Below, in pieces: positions 27,818 to 38,221 of a stretch of DNA of 64,000 nt. The stretch is taken from NCBI GenBank assembly GCA_050949045.1, contig JBMNEZ010000001.1:608001-672000 (forward strand), read 5' to 3'. Origin of the DNA: Candidatus Izemoplasmatales bacterium (lineage in GTDB: Bacteria; Bacillota_I; Bacilli_A; Izemoplasmatales; Hujiaoplasmataceae). Positions within the stretch are counted from its first letter, which is position 1. Every line of letters starts with the position of its first letter. The position numbers and the translations under genes are program-made. A model generated the notes under the pieces. It was given only the letters and a program-made list of their open reading frames with translations, did no database searches and had not been told where the DNA came from.

Positions 27818-29322
27818 CAGTTTAGGCGGAAATGACATCCAACGCTCTCCTTCCGCTCAAGTGCTTGTTCTGTTATCAGAAGCGCGGTCGTGACCATGTT
27901 CAAGGCCTCATAGTAGTAGCGGGTCAGATTGGGAGATTTTTTCAGGTTCCTATACATGACCGAAAAATACTCTTTTGCCATCTTCAGTCCGGATTCGCTC
28001 CTAACGATACCAACGTATTCATCCATATAGTCGCCAATCTTCTTTTTTAGGGGTTTATAGTTGTAATTGTAGTTTGGCAATTCAGCCAGTTCGATTTTCG
28101 CGCCATGATTGATGCCATCAAGGATCGCATTGATCCTTTTCGCAGCCGACTTTCCAAAGACAATGCATTCAAGGAGCGAATTTGATGCTAAGCGATTGGC
28201 TCCGTGGACGCCTGTCGCAGCCACTTCACCGACGGCAAACAGGTTCTTAATGCTTGTTTCTCCATCGAGATCGGTTTTTACGCCACCACAACTGAAGTGT
28301 TCGCAAGGAGCGACCGGCAACAAATCCCTCCCCAACTGGTAGCCTTCTTGAAGACAACGCTTGTATATGGTAGGGAAACGCTTTGCCAGATATACCGAAT
28401 CAAGGTGTCTCGTATCAAGATAGACATGGTCGGTCCATGTATCGTACATCTCGCGATAGATGGCTTGTGAAACGACGTCTCTCGGTGCCAACTCCTTCAG
28501 TTCAGGATTATATTTGTCCATAAAACGCTCTTTCTCGATATTCAGCAAAAGCGCACCTTCACCCCTGAGAGCTTCAGAGATCAGAAAACGCCGGCGGGTC
28601 TTCGAATGCTCGGAGTGAAGCGCGGTTGGATGGAATTGGACAAACTCCATATCGGTTATTTTGGCTTTGGCTCGGTAAGCCATCCCGAGACCGTCGCCGG
28701 TGGCGCTGAGATCGTTGGTGGTCGCACCATAGAGCGAGCCGATCCCACCAGTGGCAAGAATCACGATTTTAGCATAGACGGGATAATACGCTGCGTCGTT
28801 TTGAAGTACGGTTGCGCCAATGACGTTCCCCTCGCAAGAAATCAATAAATCAAGCGCGACCGTCTGTTCTAGAAGCTCGATGTTTGGATGGCGGTCCAAA
28901 ATCGAAGTCAAACCTTTTGTGGCATAGTACCCGGAAGCATCCCCGCCGCTATGAAGGATCCTATTCCGTGAATGGCCGCCTTCTCTCGTAAGTAGATAGT
29001 TGTTGTTCTCATCCTTGTCAAAATGGATGCCAAGGGCAACCAGCGACTCGATGGCGTCGCTGGCGTTCTTGACCAGATAGGCGACTGCTTTCTTGTCATT
29101 GATAAAAGAGCCGGCTTTGAGGGTGTCCTCATAGTGGCTGTCAAGACAGATCGGATCATCGGATAATTCTGCGGCGATGCCGCCTTGAGCGAGCATCGAG
29201 TTCGAGTTGTCGACCGCTTCTTTGGCGATTAACAAAACCTTGTATTTCGGATCGACAGACAGCGCTGAGAAGACGCCCGCCAATCCCGTCCCGATTACGA
29301 GGACGTCCACAAAGCGTTCCAT
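27817..29322 (-). CDS. nadB: L-aspartate oxidase
   Basis: IGTGLAG, AQGGIAA, REGGHS..RILH, EFVQFHPT, SEALRGEGA, HGANRLASNSLLE. Confidence 0.93.
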   Translation of the reverse strand: MERFVDVLVIGTGLAGVFSALSVDPKYKVLLIAKEAVDNSNSMLAQGGIAAELSDDPICLDSHYEDTLKAGSFINDKKAVAYLVKNASDAIESLVALGIHFDKDENNNYLLTREGGHSRNRILHSGGDASGYYATKGLTSILDRHPNIELLEQTVALDLLISCEGNVIGATVLQNDAAYYPVYAKIVILATGGIGSLYGATTNDLSATGDGLGMAYRAKAKITDMEFVQFHPTALHSEHSKTRRRFLISEALRGEGALLLNIEKERFMDKYNPELKELAPRDVVSQAIYREMYDTWTDHVYLDTRHLDSVYLAKRFPTIYKRCLQEGYQLGRDLLPVAPCEHFSCGGVKTDLDGETSIKNLFAVGEVAATGVHGANRLASNSLLECIVFGKSAAKRINAILDGINHGAKIELAELPNYNYNYKPLKKKIGDYMDEYVGIVRSESGLKMAKEYFSVMYRNLKKSPNLTRYYYEALNMVTTALLITEQALERKESVGCHFRLN

Positions 29323-30218
29323 CAACTTAATTCGAGCATCAAATCGAGTGCCCGTTTCGCTTTCAATATAATTTCTTTTTCAAGAGTGACCTCGTGTTGC
29401 TCATAAAGAAGCGCCTCATAGACTTCTTTGAGCGTCGTCTTCTTCATATCCCGGCAAACCATATTGGGATCAAGGACGTAAAAAGACTTGTCCGGGTTTT
29501 GTTTTCTGAGGGGATGGAGGATGCCTTCCTCGGTGCCAATGATGAATTCTTTCGCGGAAGATTTGTTGGCATAGTCGATGATGCCGCGGGTGCTGCCAAC
29601 ATAATCAGCGAGTTTCAAAACGCTCAACGGCGCTTCCGGATGGATAAGGACCTTCGCTTTTGGATATTTGGATTTCATTTGAAAAACATCGGCGTCGGTG
29701 AGCCGGTTATGGACAATGCAATGTCCCGGCCAAAGTTCAATATCTAAATGATAACGGTCCCTGAGATAATTCCCAAGATTCAGGTCGGGGATATATAGCA
29801 GTTTATGATCTTGATAGTGCCTGATGATCTTCTCGGCGTTTGAGCTGGTGACACAGACATCGCTAAGCGCCTTGATCTCGGCGTGAGAATTGACGTAGCA
29901 GATCACCTTACGATCCGGATGTTCCTCTTTGTATTTGATGAGCTTGTCTTTGTCGATCATCATCGCCATCGGGCAGCCGGCATTTTTTACTGGCAGCAAT
30001 ACTTTTTTCTCGGGAGAAAGTACTTTTGCCGTCTCCGCCATGAAATTGACACCGCAAAAAACGATGATCTTCGCCGGGGTCGTTTGCGCAGTCCGGCTGA
30101 GTTCAAGCGAGTCTCCGACAAAATCAGCGATGTCCTGGACTTCGGGAGACTGGTAAAAATGAGCCAAGATAACCGCTTCCTTGGCCTGTTTTAACTCTAG
30201 TATCTCGTTTTCGTACAT
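29322..30218 (-). CDS. nadA: quinolinate synthase
   Basis: ILAHFYQ, GDSLELS, FCGVNFMAETAK, AGCPMA, CYVNS, C.VH, C.DMK. Confidence 0.96.
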   Translation of the reverse strand: MYENEILELKQAKEAVILAHFYQSPEVQDIADFVGDSLELSRTAQTTPAKIIVFCGVNFMAETAKVLSPEKKVLLPVKNAGCPMAMMIDKDKLIKYKEEHPDRKVICYVNSHAEIKALSDVCVTSSNAEKIIRHYQDHKLLYIPDLNLGNYLRDRYHLDIELWPGHCIVHNRLTDADVFQMKSKYPKAKVLIHPEAPLSVLKLADYVGSTRGIIDYANKSSAKEFIIGTEEGILHPLRKQNPDKSFYVLDPNMVCRDMKKTTLKEVYEALLYEQHEVTLEKEIILKAKRALDLMLELS

Positions 30219-30311
30219 CTGATCAGCCCATTTCCTGTAGATAGTAATATTATATGCTTTTTGCCTACATTTCTCAACAATATGCTATAATTTGATTAGC
30301 TTCAGAAAGGA

Positions 30312-31550
30312 ATGGTCATGATGTATGAGCCGCTTGCGAGCAGACTGAGGCCGAAAGTTTTCGCTGATGTCATCGGTCAGGACAAATTGGTCAAAACGCT
30401 TCAGACCATGCTTGAAAAGAACCGGCTGGTATCCTTGATCCTTTACGGTCCTACCGGTGTCGGCAAAACGACGATCGCCCTGCTTGTGGCTGATTCTTTC
30501 CCACTGAACCACTACAAGTTTAACGCTTCGACCGATCAAAAAGCAACGCTAAAGAAAATCGTCGAGGCAAGCAACCTCTACGGCTCGGTCCTTTTGATCA
30601 TCGACGAGATCCACAGGATGAACCGGGATATCCAGGATTATCTCTTACCACATATTGAATCAGGAAAAATCATCATGCTGGGATTGACGACCGAGAATCC
30701 CTATGTAGCCTGTAATCCGGCAATCAGATCCCGGGCCGCGATCTTCAAGCTCGAGCGTCCGAGCGAAAGCGAGATATTTACCTTTCTCAAGAAGATTGAT
30801 CCGGCCGTTCTCGAGACAAAACTCACCGTCCCCGACGATATTCTCCATTACATCGCCAGAGCTGCCAACGGCGAAGTCAGAGGCGCCATCAATATGCTTG
30901 AGATGCTTCTTCTCCAAGTTGATTCCCAAGAAGATATGAAATTGGAAATCGTCAAAGACCTAGTTGGCATGCCCTCTCTTTCGGTCGACTACATGCAAGA
31001 CAGCTACTACGACATCCTGAGCGCCTTTCATAAGTCGGTCCGCGGCAGCGATGTCGACGCCGCACTCCACTATCTCGCCAGACTGATCGTCGGCGGCGAT
31101 CTCGAATCGTTGCTTAGGCGAATCAGTGCGATCGTCTACGAAGACATCGGCCTCGCCAATCCTTTGATGGGAGTCAAGGTTGCTTCAATGTGTGATATCG
31201 CCAGACATCTCGGCTATCCGGAGGCGGTCAACGGCCTCGGAGCGATCACGATCGAGATGTGCCTTTCCCCCAAATCAAACAGCGCCCACCTGGCGGTGAA
31301 CAAAGCCATTCAGGATGTCGAGGCGGGCATGACCTACAAGGTACCCTCGCATCTCATCAACAATCCCACCTATGACGACAAACAACCATACAAGTATCCC
31401 CATGATTATCCGGGGCATATCACCGCTCAGCAATATCTTCCGGAGCAATTAAAACATAAACGCTATTACGAGCCCCAAGACCATACCAAACTCGAACAAG
31501 CCTTCAAAGAACAATATCTTGCCATTAGGAAAGTGCTCGATCAAGAATAG
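30312..31550 (+). CDS. rarA: replication-associated recombination protein A (RarA/MgsA)
   Basis: EPLASRLRP, GPTGVGKTT, DEIHR, TTENP, SAFHKSVRGSD, YKYPHDY. Confidence 0.95.
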   Translation: MVMMYEPLASRLRPKVFADVIGQDKLVKTLQTMLEKNRLVSLILYGPTGVGKTTIALLVADSFPLNHYKFNASTDQKATLKKIVEASNLYGSVLLIIDEIHRMNRDIQDYLLPHIESGKIIMLGLTTENPYVACNPAIRSRAAIFKLERPSESEIFTFLKKIDPAVLETKLTVPDDILHYIARAANGEVRGAINMLEMLLLQVDSQEDMKLEIVKDLVGMPSLSVDYMQDSYYDILSAFHKSVRGSDVDAALHYLARLIVGGDLESLLRRISAIVYEDIGLANPLMGVKVASMCDIARHLGYPEAVNGLGAITIEMCLSPKSNSAHLAVNKAIQDVEAGMTYKVPSHLINNPTYDDKQPYKYPHDYPGHITAQQYLPEQLKHKRYYEPQDHTKLEQAFKEQYLAIRKVLDQE

Positions 31551-31554
31551 CAGT

Positions 31555-31585
31555 AAAAAGGGATGCCGCAGCATCCCTTGTTTTT
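31555..31585. terminator. bidirectional terminator between rarA and RNase J
   Basis: AAGGGATGC-CGCA-GCATCCCTT. Confidence 0.75.
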
Positions 31586-33278
31586 AAATAACATTGCAAA
31601 GCATATCATTTTGGGTGTCGATGATCACCGGGATGATCACCGGCTTGCGTTTGGTCATTTCGTACAGATACTTTTGGACCTCAAAGCGGACTTCTTCTTT
31701 GTAGAATTTCCAGTCGATAAATTCTTGGGAAAACTGCTTTTCAGTGATCCTCCGGTAAATATCTTCGATTGTTTTGATCGTTTCCTCGTTGTCTTCCATA
31801 TACATAAAACCGCGGCTGACAATTTCCGGATTGTTGAGCATGACGCGTTCCTTGGCATTGATATTGGCGATGATCATCAGGAATCCGTCTTCGCTCAAGA
31901 GCTCCCGATCTTTCAAAACGGTGTCGTTGATATCGATTTTAAAGTTGCCATCGACCAAGATGGATCCATTCATGACCAGATCGTGCTGGGGATCGAGATT
32001 ACCGTCTTTGAAAGTCACCACTTCCCCATTATCGAGCATGATGATCTGTTCCTCGACAAATCCATAATCGATAGCCAGGTTGAACTGGGCGAGTTGTAGC
32101 CTGTACTCCCCATTTATCGGCACTAAAAACTTGGGTTTAAGCAAGTTGTAGAGCAGTTTGATGTCTTCGGTGGAGGCGTGGAAGAACGACAAGATCTTCT
32201 TGTCGATGCGAACCAAATCGAGACCGATCCTGAGGAGCGTGTCATAGGTCCTCGCAGCGATCCTCTCGGTGCCGATCAGTGGCGGGCAGAGCATCAGGAC
32301 AGTGTCAGTTTCCTTGAGTTTGACGAGCCTGTCGATTCCCTTCGCCATCCGCTGTAGCATGTAGAAAGGCTCATGTCTCTCTCCGGTGACGAGAAAGACA
32401 AAGTCATCGAAATCGTTGTCGTTTTCCTCGTCAATAAACTTCAAATTGACGAGCCTGTCCTTCGGAACTTGGATGTAGCCCATTTTCTCGCCAATATCGA
32501 CAAGCCTTTGCGCTTTTCTGCCGATAATCGAGATCTTCTTGTCAAAGGCGACCGCCTCGTTAACGACTCGCTGAATATTCGAGAGCTCGGTTGAATACAT
32601 GGCGACGATGATGCGGTGACGCGCATTCTCGATTGTCGAGCGGATCTTGTGCGTCAGTTGGAAATCGGTGGATGTATGCCCGACCATCATCGCCCCTGCC
32701 GATTCCGCCAACAGAGCGAGTACGCCTTCTTCATGATAACTGGCGATCTTCAAAAAGTCTGTGCTGTAGAATGGTCCAACATTCTGATCAAATGTGAAAT
32801 CGGTCGCATAAATGATGACCCCGTCGGGGGTGTGGACGGCGATTCCCGAGGTTTCGGGAACCGAATGCGTCGTTGAAAAGAAATCGACCGAAAAACCGTC
32901 GAAATGGATTTTCTCGTCATAACCAACGATCCGGAAGGAATACTCTTCCGGGTTCATCTTGTATTCCTTCATGTAGTCTTTGATGACCGCCACGGCGAAG
33001 TTGGTGCCGTAGACAGTCGTTTTGATCTGTGAAAGCAGCATCGGCAAGGCGCCGATCTGCTTGTCGTGTGCATGAGAAACGAAAACTCCCAAGATGTCTT
33101 CCTTGCGTCCTTCAAGATAACTGATATCGGGGATGATCGCGTCAACACCCAAAAGCGTCCCGGAAGGATGTTTCAAACCGGCGTCGAGAACGATGATCTT
33201 GCCTTCGATATCCAGGCAATACATGTTCTTGCCGTTTTCGCCCAGTCCTCCGAGCGCAAAAAATTTGATGACTGCCAT
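31584..33278 (-). CDS. rnj: ribonuclease J (J2-like, degenerate metal motif)
   Basis: ALGGLGENGKNM, THSVPE, beta-CASP architecture, RKPVIIPVI; motif II reads HAHDKQ rather than HxHxDH. Confidence 0.9.
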   Translation of the reverse strand: MAVIKFFALGGLGENGKNMYCLDIEGKIIVLDAGLKHPSGTLLGVDAIIPDISYLEGRKEDILGVFVSHAHDKQIGALPMLLSQIKTTVYGTNFAVAVIKDYMKEYKMNPEEYSFRIVGYDEKIHFDGFSVDFFSTTHSVPETSGIAVHTPDGVIIYATDFTFDQNVGPFYSTDFLKIASYHEEGVLALLAESAGAMMVGHTSTDFQLTHKIRSTIENARHRIIVAMYSTELSNIQRVVNEAVAFDKKISIIGRKAQRLVDIGEKMGYIQVPKDRLVNLKFIDEENDNDFDDFVFLVTGERHEPFYMLQRMAKGIDRLVKLKETDTVLMLCPPLIGTERIAARTYDTLLRIGLDLVRIDKKILSFFHASTEDIKLLYNLLKPKFLVPINGEYRLQLAQFNLAIDYGFVEEQIIMLDNGEVVTFKDGNLDPQHDLVMNGSILVDGNFKIDINDTVLKDRELLSEDGFLMIIANINAKERVMLNNPEIVSRGFMYMEDNEETIKTIEDIYRRITEKQFSQEFIDWKFYKEEVRFEVQKYLYEMTKRKPVIIPVIIDTQNDMLCNVI

Positions 33279-33436
33279 AATATCTTCCTTTCTGGCTGAG
33301 CCAGCTTCCCTATTATTATACAATGAAAGACCGCTTTTTGATACAATATGTCAAAAAGAATGCGTTCGATTTTTTCAAGTGATTAAGAAACAAAAAATTC
33401 TAGACTATGATACAATGTTTATCGGTGAATGTGTGT

Positions 33437-34024
33437 ATGGTCAAGTATCCGATCAAAAAAAGTGTAACCAGTAAATTCAAGCGCTCCCAAGCCAACCGCG
33501 GAATGAATCTCGAGGAAGCCATCAACGAAACCAATCGGTATTATGCCGCGAACGACATCGCTTATATTTACAAGAAACCGATCCCGATCCAAATCGTCAA
33601 GGTCGACTACGAGCGACGGAGCGCTGCTAGAATCAGTGAAGCGTATTACAAAGTCCCATCAACGACCGATTATAACGGTATCTACCGGGGACGCTACATC
33701 GATTTTGAGGCAAAAGAGACGAAGACAAAGACTTCGTTTCCGCTCAAAAATCTCCATAGTCACCAAATCAACCACCTTGACAATGTCAAAAGGCATGGCG
33801 GCATCAGTTTCCTGATCGTGCATTTTTCGCTGCTTGGCAGGACCTTCCTGCTTGATAGCCGGCATGTCCTTGCCTATAGCAATGTTCAAAATGGCAGACG
33901 GTCGATACCCTTATCGGAGTTTGAAAAGAACGGTCTGGAAATCAAAGAGGGCTATTTGAAACGGATCGACTATCTGAAAGAAGTCGACAAGTATTACTTC
34001 AACGAGAAAGAAGGGACTGAATAA
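33437..34024 (+). CDS. recU: Holliday junction resolvase RecU
   Basis: NRGMNLEEAIN, KKPIPIQIVKV, STTDYNG, DFEAKET, HQI.HL. Confidence 0.96.
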   Translation: MVKYPIKKSVTSKFKRSQANRGMNLEEAINETNRYYAANDIAYIYKKPIPIQIVKVDYERRSAARISEAYYKVPSTTDYNGIYRGRYIDFEAKETKTKTSFPLKNLHSHQINHLDNVKRHGGISFLIVHFSLLGRTFLLDSRHVLAYSNVQNGRRSIPLSEFEKNGLEIKEGYLKRIDYLKEVDKYYFNEKEGTE

Positions 34025-34045
34025 AAAGTCCCTTTTTATCTGCAC

Positions 34046-35962
34046 TCAGTTCTTGGCGGCTTTGATCAAAAGCGATATCATCTGCTTTTGGAAAGCCACC
34101 GGGTCTTTGACAGGCAAACCCTCGATCAGAAGCGCCTGATTATAGAGAACCCAAGCGTAGTCATCGAGTTCACCCTCACCGCGTTTACTGACGTCCTCAA
34201 TCGCTTTGAAGAGCTCGTGCTTCGGGTTTATCTCCAAAATTTTATCAGCTTTGATGTTTTTCTCCCCAGGCATCTGTTTGATGACTTTTTCCATCTCGAA
34301 CGATAAACCCTCACCGCTGACGAGACAGACAGGGGAATCGGTGAGTCTTGTCGAAAGTTTGACATCTTTGACCTCGTCCTTGAGGATTTCTTTCAATTGG
34401 TCCAAAAGTCCCTTGTTTCTGGTTTCAAGCTCCTTAAGTTCTTCTTTTTCTTTGTCATCAAGGATGTTGAGGTCGCCCTGATTGATCGATTTGAATTGGT
34501 GCTTGTCGTATTCCCCGAGGACTGAAATCATGAACTCATCGACGTCATCGGTCAGGACGAGCACGTCATAGCCCTTCTGTTTAATGAGGTCCATCTGTGG
34601 GGAGATCTTGATCGCATCTTTGGAGACCGAGGAGCCAAAATAGATGTGTTCCTGGTCTTTCGGCATCGCTTCGACATACTCCTTCAAAGTGATCATCTCA
34701 TCCTTGTTCACGCTCTCAAAGACAAGCAGATCTTTAAGCAGGTCTTTGTTCTGGCCAAAATTGTCATAGACGCCGAATTTGATGTTTACACCGAATTCTT
34801 TCCAGAATTTCAGATATTTTTCCCGGTCGTTTTTCAAGGTTTTTTCAAACTCTGCCAGGATTTTTTTCTCAAGATTCTGGCCGATTTTGACAAGTTGCCG
34901 ATTGTGCTGCAAGATCTCCCGGGAAATATTCAAAGAAAAATCCGGCGAGACGACGAGGCCTTTGATGAAGCGGAGGTAATCGGGAACGAGCTCCTTGCAC
35001 TTGTCCATGATGAAGACGCCTTTGGCATATAACTGCAGGCCTTTTTCATATTTTTCTGAATAAAGATTATAGGGTGCTTTGGAGGGAATGAAAACGAGAG
35101 CTTTGTAGGTGAGCGCTCCTTCGACATCGGTCCAGATATTGATTAAATAATTCTCGTAATCATAATAGGTCGACTTGTAAAACTCCTGAAGTTCTTCTTC
35201 CTTGACCTCGGTTTTAGCCTTGTTCCAGATGGGAACCATCTGATTCATGATTTCGTTTTCAACGACGGTTTCGAACTCGTTTTCGATATCCTTGCCGTCC
35301 TTATCCTTTTTTGGAATGCGTTTCTCGCGTTCCATCGTGATCGGATAACGGATATAATCAGAATACTTTTTGACGAGACTCTTGATTTTGTATTCTTCTA
35401 AGAAAATGTCATAGTCTTCGCCATCTTCATTCTTGCGGATAAAAAGCGTCACCTCGGTGCCGTGATCGCTCTTGTTGGCTTCTTCGATCGTGAAATCCTC
35501 TTCGCCCTGGCTAACCCATTTGTAAGCCTTGTCGGAATAAGGGGACTTGGAGACGACTTGGACTTTCTTCGATACCATGAACGCCGAATAGAACCCGACA
35601 CCAAACTGGCCGATCAGGTCAATATCTTTCATTTCTTTGCCTTGGACCTTTTTCAAGAACTCAAGCGTCCCGCTCCGGGCGATCGTTCCGAGGTTGTCGA
35701 GCAATTCCTCTTTGGTCATGCCGATGCCGTTGTCAGCGATCGTGATTTTGCGTTTCTTCCGGTCGACATCGATATGGATCTCGTATTCGTTGGTTTTCTC
35801 GAGTTTTTCATCGGTCAGGCTCGAGAGATGATATTTGTCGATCGCATCAGACGCATTCGCGATCAGTTCGCGAAGAAAGATTTCCTTGTTGGTGTAGATC
35901 GAGTTGATCATCAGATTAAGAAGCCGCTTTGATTCGGTTTTAAACTTCATTGTTTCTTTCAT
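34046..35962 (-). CDS. htpG: Hsp90 chaperone HtpG
   Basis: NKEIFLRELIANASDA, DNGIGMT, IGQFGVGFYS, LNISREILQ; AGGAGG RBS. Confidence 0.97.
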   Translation of the reverse strand: MKETMKFKTESKRLLNLMINSIYTNKEIFLRELIANASDAIDKYHLSSLTDEKLEKTNEYEIHIDVDRKKRKITIADNGIGMTKEELLDNLGTIARSGTLEFLKKVQGKEMKDIDLIGQFGVGFYSAFMVSKKVQVVSKSPYSDKAYKWVSQGEEDFTIEEANKSDHGTEVTLFIRKNEDGEDYDIFLEEYKIKSLVKKYSDYIRYPITMEREKRIPKKDKDGKDIENEFETVVENEIMNQMVPIWNKAKTEVKEEELQEFYKSTYYDYENYLINIWTDVEGALTYKALVFIPSKAPYNLYSEKYEKGLQLYAKGVFIMDKCKELVPDYLRFIKGLVVSPDFSLNISREILQHNRQLVKIGQNLEKKILAEFEKTLKNDREKYLKFWKEFGVNIKFGVYDNFGQNKDLLKDLLVFESVNKDEMITLKEYVEAMPKDQEHIYFGSSVSKDAIKISPQMDLIKQKGYDVLVLTDDVDEFMISVLGEYDKHQFKSINQGDLNILDDKEKEELKELETRNKGLLDQLKEILKDEVKDVKLSTRLTDSPVCLVSGEGLSFEMEKVIKQMPGEKNIKADKILEINPKHELFKAIEDVSKRGEGELDDYAWVLYNQALLIEGLPVKDPVAFQKQMISLLIKAAKN

Positions 35963-36006
35963 GGGATACCTCCTAAGACTTGTCAAGTAATATTATATCA
36001 CACTTT

Positions 36007-36033
36007 TTAGCACTGTCAACTATTGAGTGCTAA
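36007..36033 (-). promoter_or_regulatory. CIRCE (HrcA operator) overlapping the htpG -35
   Basis: Minus strand TTAGCACTC-AATAGTTGA-CAGTGCTAA, 1 mismatch to CIRCE; contains TTGACA, with TGATATAAT downstream. Confidence 0.9.
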
Positions 36034-36060
36034 CGGCAGTAACATTTATTATGAACCGTC

Positions 36061-36654
36061 CTAGTCAAAACCTATGATTCCCCTCTGATGGAGAATGGAC
36101 CCGACCACGACGCACAGAATGGCCGAAGGGATTAGGTAGAGTGAGTTGTAAAGAAAGGAGCCGACGATAATAACGGCGTTTTCCGAAGTGAAGAGACTGC
36201 CAAGATTGATTCCAAAAAGAGTGTTCATGAATTCGATTTCATCCGGAATAAAGACCCGCCAATAAAGAATGCCGGTCACAGAGGCCACAATAAGTCTCAA
36301 AAGGCTTCCAATGACGATGCCAATTGCGAACCGGCTGCTTTTTTCTTTTGCCTTTGGGATCAACCCGGCAACCCCCAGCACCATGAACGTAACCAGGTAA
36401 TCCATGATGTATTGCGGCAGCGACAGGAAATACACTTTGACCAGCGTTTGCAGGATGCCGAAGATCGCTCCGCCGGCGACCCCGTATTTCCAGCCCCTTT
36501 TCACCGAGATCATGAAGATCGGCAACATCGCCAAAGAAATGCTTCCTCCGAAAGGAAACGAGTAGATCGAGCCAAAGATAAGATCCAGAATCATCGCGAT
36601 CGCGACGAAGATACCCGTCTCGATCAATGCTTTGAGGCTTTCGTTTCGCTCCAT
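36061..36654 (-). CDS. thiT: ECF thiamine transporter S component
   Basis: PFGGSISLAMLP, Q..DY, G..YW, YN..Y motifs; downstream of TPP riboswitch. Confidence 0.88.
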   Translation of the reverse strand: MERNESLKALIETGIFVAIAMILDLIFGSIYSFPFGGSISLAMLPIFMISVKRGWKYGVAGGAIFGILQTLVKVYFLSLPQYIMDYLVTFMVLGVAGLIPKAKEKSSRFAIGIVIGSLLRLIVASVTGILYWRVFIPDEIEFMNTLFGINLGSLFTSENAVIIVGSFLYNSLYLIPSAILCVVVGSILHQRGIIGFD

Positions 36655-36667
36655 GATTGTCGCTCCT

Positions 36668-36805
36668 TTAAAAAAATAAAACCCCTTTGACATTAAAGGG
36701 GTCTGAGGCAGACGGATGTTCCTACGCTGGCATTATCCAGATCAGGTAAGGTCAATAACGGAATAGTTATACTCTCAGCCCGTTTCCGCGAGCTCCCCTT
36801 ATTTG
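36668..36805 (-). promoter_or_regulatory. TPP riboswitch with terminator expression platform
   Basis: Minus strand GGGGAGC..GCTGAGAG..ACCTGATCTGGATAATGCCAGCGTAGGAA, then ACCCCTTT/AAAGGGGT hairpin and U-tract before thiT. Confidence 0.95.
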
Positions 36806-36858
36806 TCATTAACATTATACCACTACTGAACGATTCAAGCAATCATCTAATGTCATTG

Positions 36859-38151
36859 TCAGCCGATAATCTTTTCAATGATTCTCGGCGGTTTGACGAC
36901 CGTATCCGCAAAACTGAATGCCTGATCGAGAAGCGATAATGTGTCTTTGTCGATCGGCTTATTGGCGTATAACTCACAAAGGACATCGCCCTGATTAACT
37001 TTGTCGCCGATTTTGTGCTTGAGGACGATGCCGACCATCGGGTCGATGATGTCGTCTTTTTTTTCTCTTCCGCTGCCAAGGCGCATCGAAGCAATCCCGA
37101 TCGGAAGAGCGTCGATTCTTGCAATATAACCCTCTTCTCGCGCCTTATAGGGATAGACTTCCCTGACCTTGACAAAATCCTTCAAACCGGCGATATGGCC
37201 GCCTTGAGCCTCGATAAACTGATAGAACTTGTCGAGGGCGAGGCCATTTTTAAGATTGGCGCTCGCTAAAGCTTTGGCCTCTGCCTTCGAAGCGGAAAGA
37301 CCGCCACGCCAAACCATCTCGGCGGCGATCTCCAGACAAAGCTCCCTGAGATCCTGAGGACCTCTGCCGGAAAGGGTCTCAATTGCCTCCATGACTTCAA
37401 GACGGTTGCCGATGGCGTAGCCCAAGGGTTGGTCCATCCCGCTCAAAACGGCGAAGACCTTCTTGTCAAAACTCTTCCCGATGGCTACCATCAGGCGTGA
37501 CAATTCGATCCCGTCTTCAATAGTCTTCATGAATGCACCGCTGCCGATCTTGACATCAAGGCAGATGACATCGGCGCCGCTGGCCAACTTCTTGCTCATG
37601 ATGCTCGAGGCGATGAGCGGCATCGATGATACCGTGCCTGTGACATCCCGAAGCGAATACAGGAGTTTGTCGGCGGGAACGATGCTTGCCGTCTGGCCGC
37701 TGATTGCGATATTGATCTTGTTGACCTGATCGATGAAATGCGCTGACGAGAGCGCAATCGAACAGCCTTCGATCGACTCCAACTTGTCAAGAGTCCCCCC
37801 GGTATGTCCCAGACCCCGACCGGATAATTTGGCGAGTTTGGCGCCCATCGAAGCTACCAGCGGGCCAAGAACAAGCGTCGTCTTGTCGCCAACGCCACCG
37901 GTCGAATGTTTATCGACCTTGACGCCGTCGATCATCGACAAGTCAATTATCTCACCGCTATAAAGCATGGCTTTGGTCAGATATGTGGCTTCCAGATCAT
38001 TCATGCCATTGATATAAGCAGCCATTAACAAGGCACTGACCTGATAATCGGGAATTTCCCCTTTCACATAATTGTCGATCGCATACTTGACCTCCTGTTC
38101 GCTAAGAGACAGGCCATCGCGTTTTTTTACAATGATATCGATCATTCTCAA
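36859..38151 (-). CDS. pdp: pyrimidine-nucleoside phosphorylase
   Basis: DKHSTGGVGDK, SGRGLGHTGGTLDKLESI, SIMSKKLA, DVKIGSGAFMK. Confidence 0.95.
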   Translation of the reverse strand: MRMIDIIVKKRDGLSLSEQEVKYAIDNYVKGEIPDYQVSALLMAAYINGMNDLEATYLTKAMLYSGEIIDLSMIDGVKVDKHSTGGVGDKTTLVLGPLVASMGAKLAKLSGRGLGHTGGTLDKLESIEGCSIALSSAHFIDQVNKINIAISGQTASIVPADKLLYSLRDVTGTVSSMPLIASSIMSKKLASGADVICLDVKIGSGAFMKTIEDGIELSRLMVAIGKSFDKKVFAVLSGMDQPLGYAIGNRLEVMEAIETLSGRGPQDLRELCLEIAAEMVWRGGLSASKAEAKALASANLKNGLALDKFYQFIEAQGGHIAGLKDFVKVREVYPYKAREEGYIARIDALPIGIASMRLGSGREKKDDIIDPMVGIVLKHKIGDKVNQGDVLCELYANKPIDKDTLSLLDQAFSFADTVVKPPRIIEKIIG

Positions 38152-38221
38152 TCTGATCACCCCGACATAAAAATTATACCATATTTCCGGCTGCTAGTGT
38201 ATAATAGTTAACGGTGATTCA

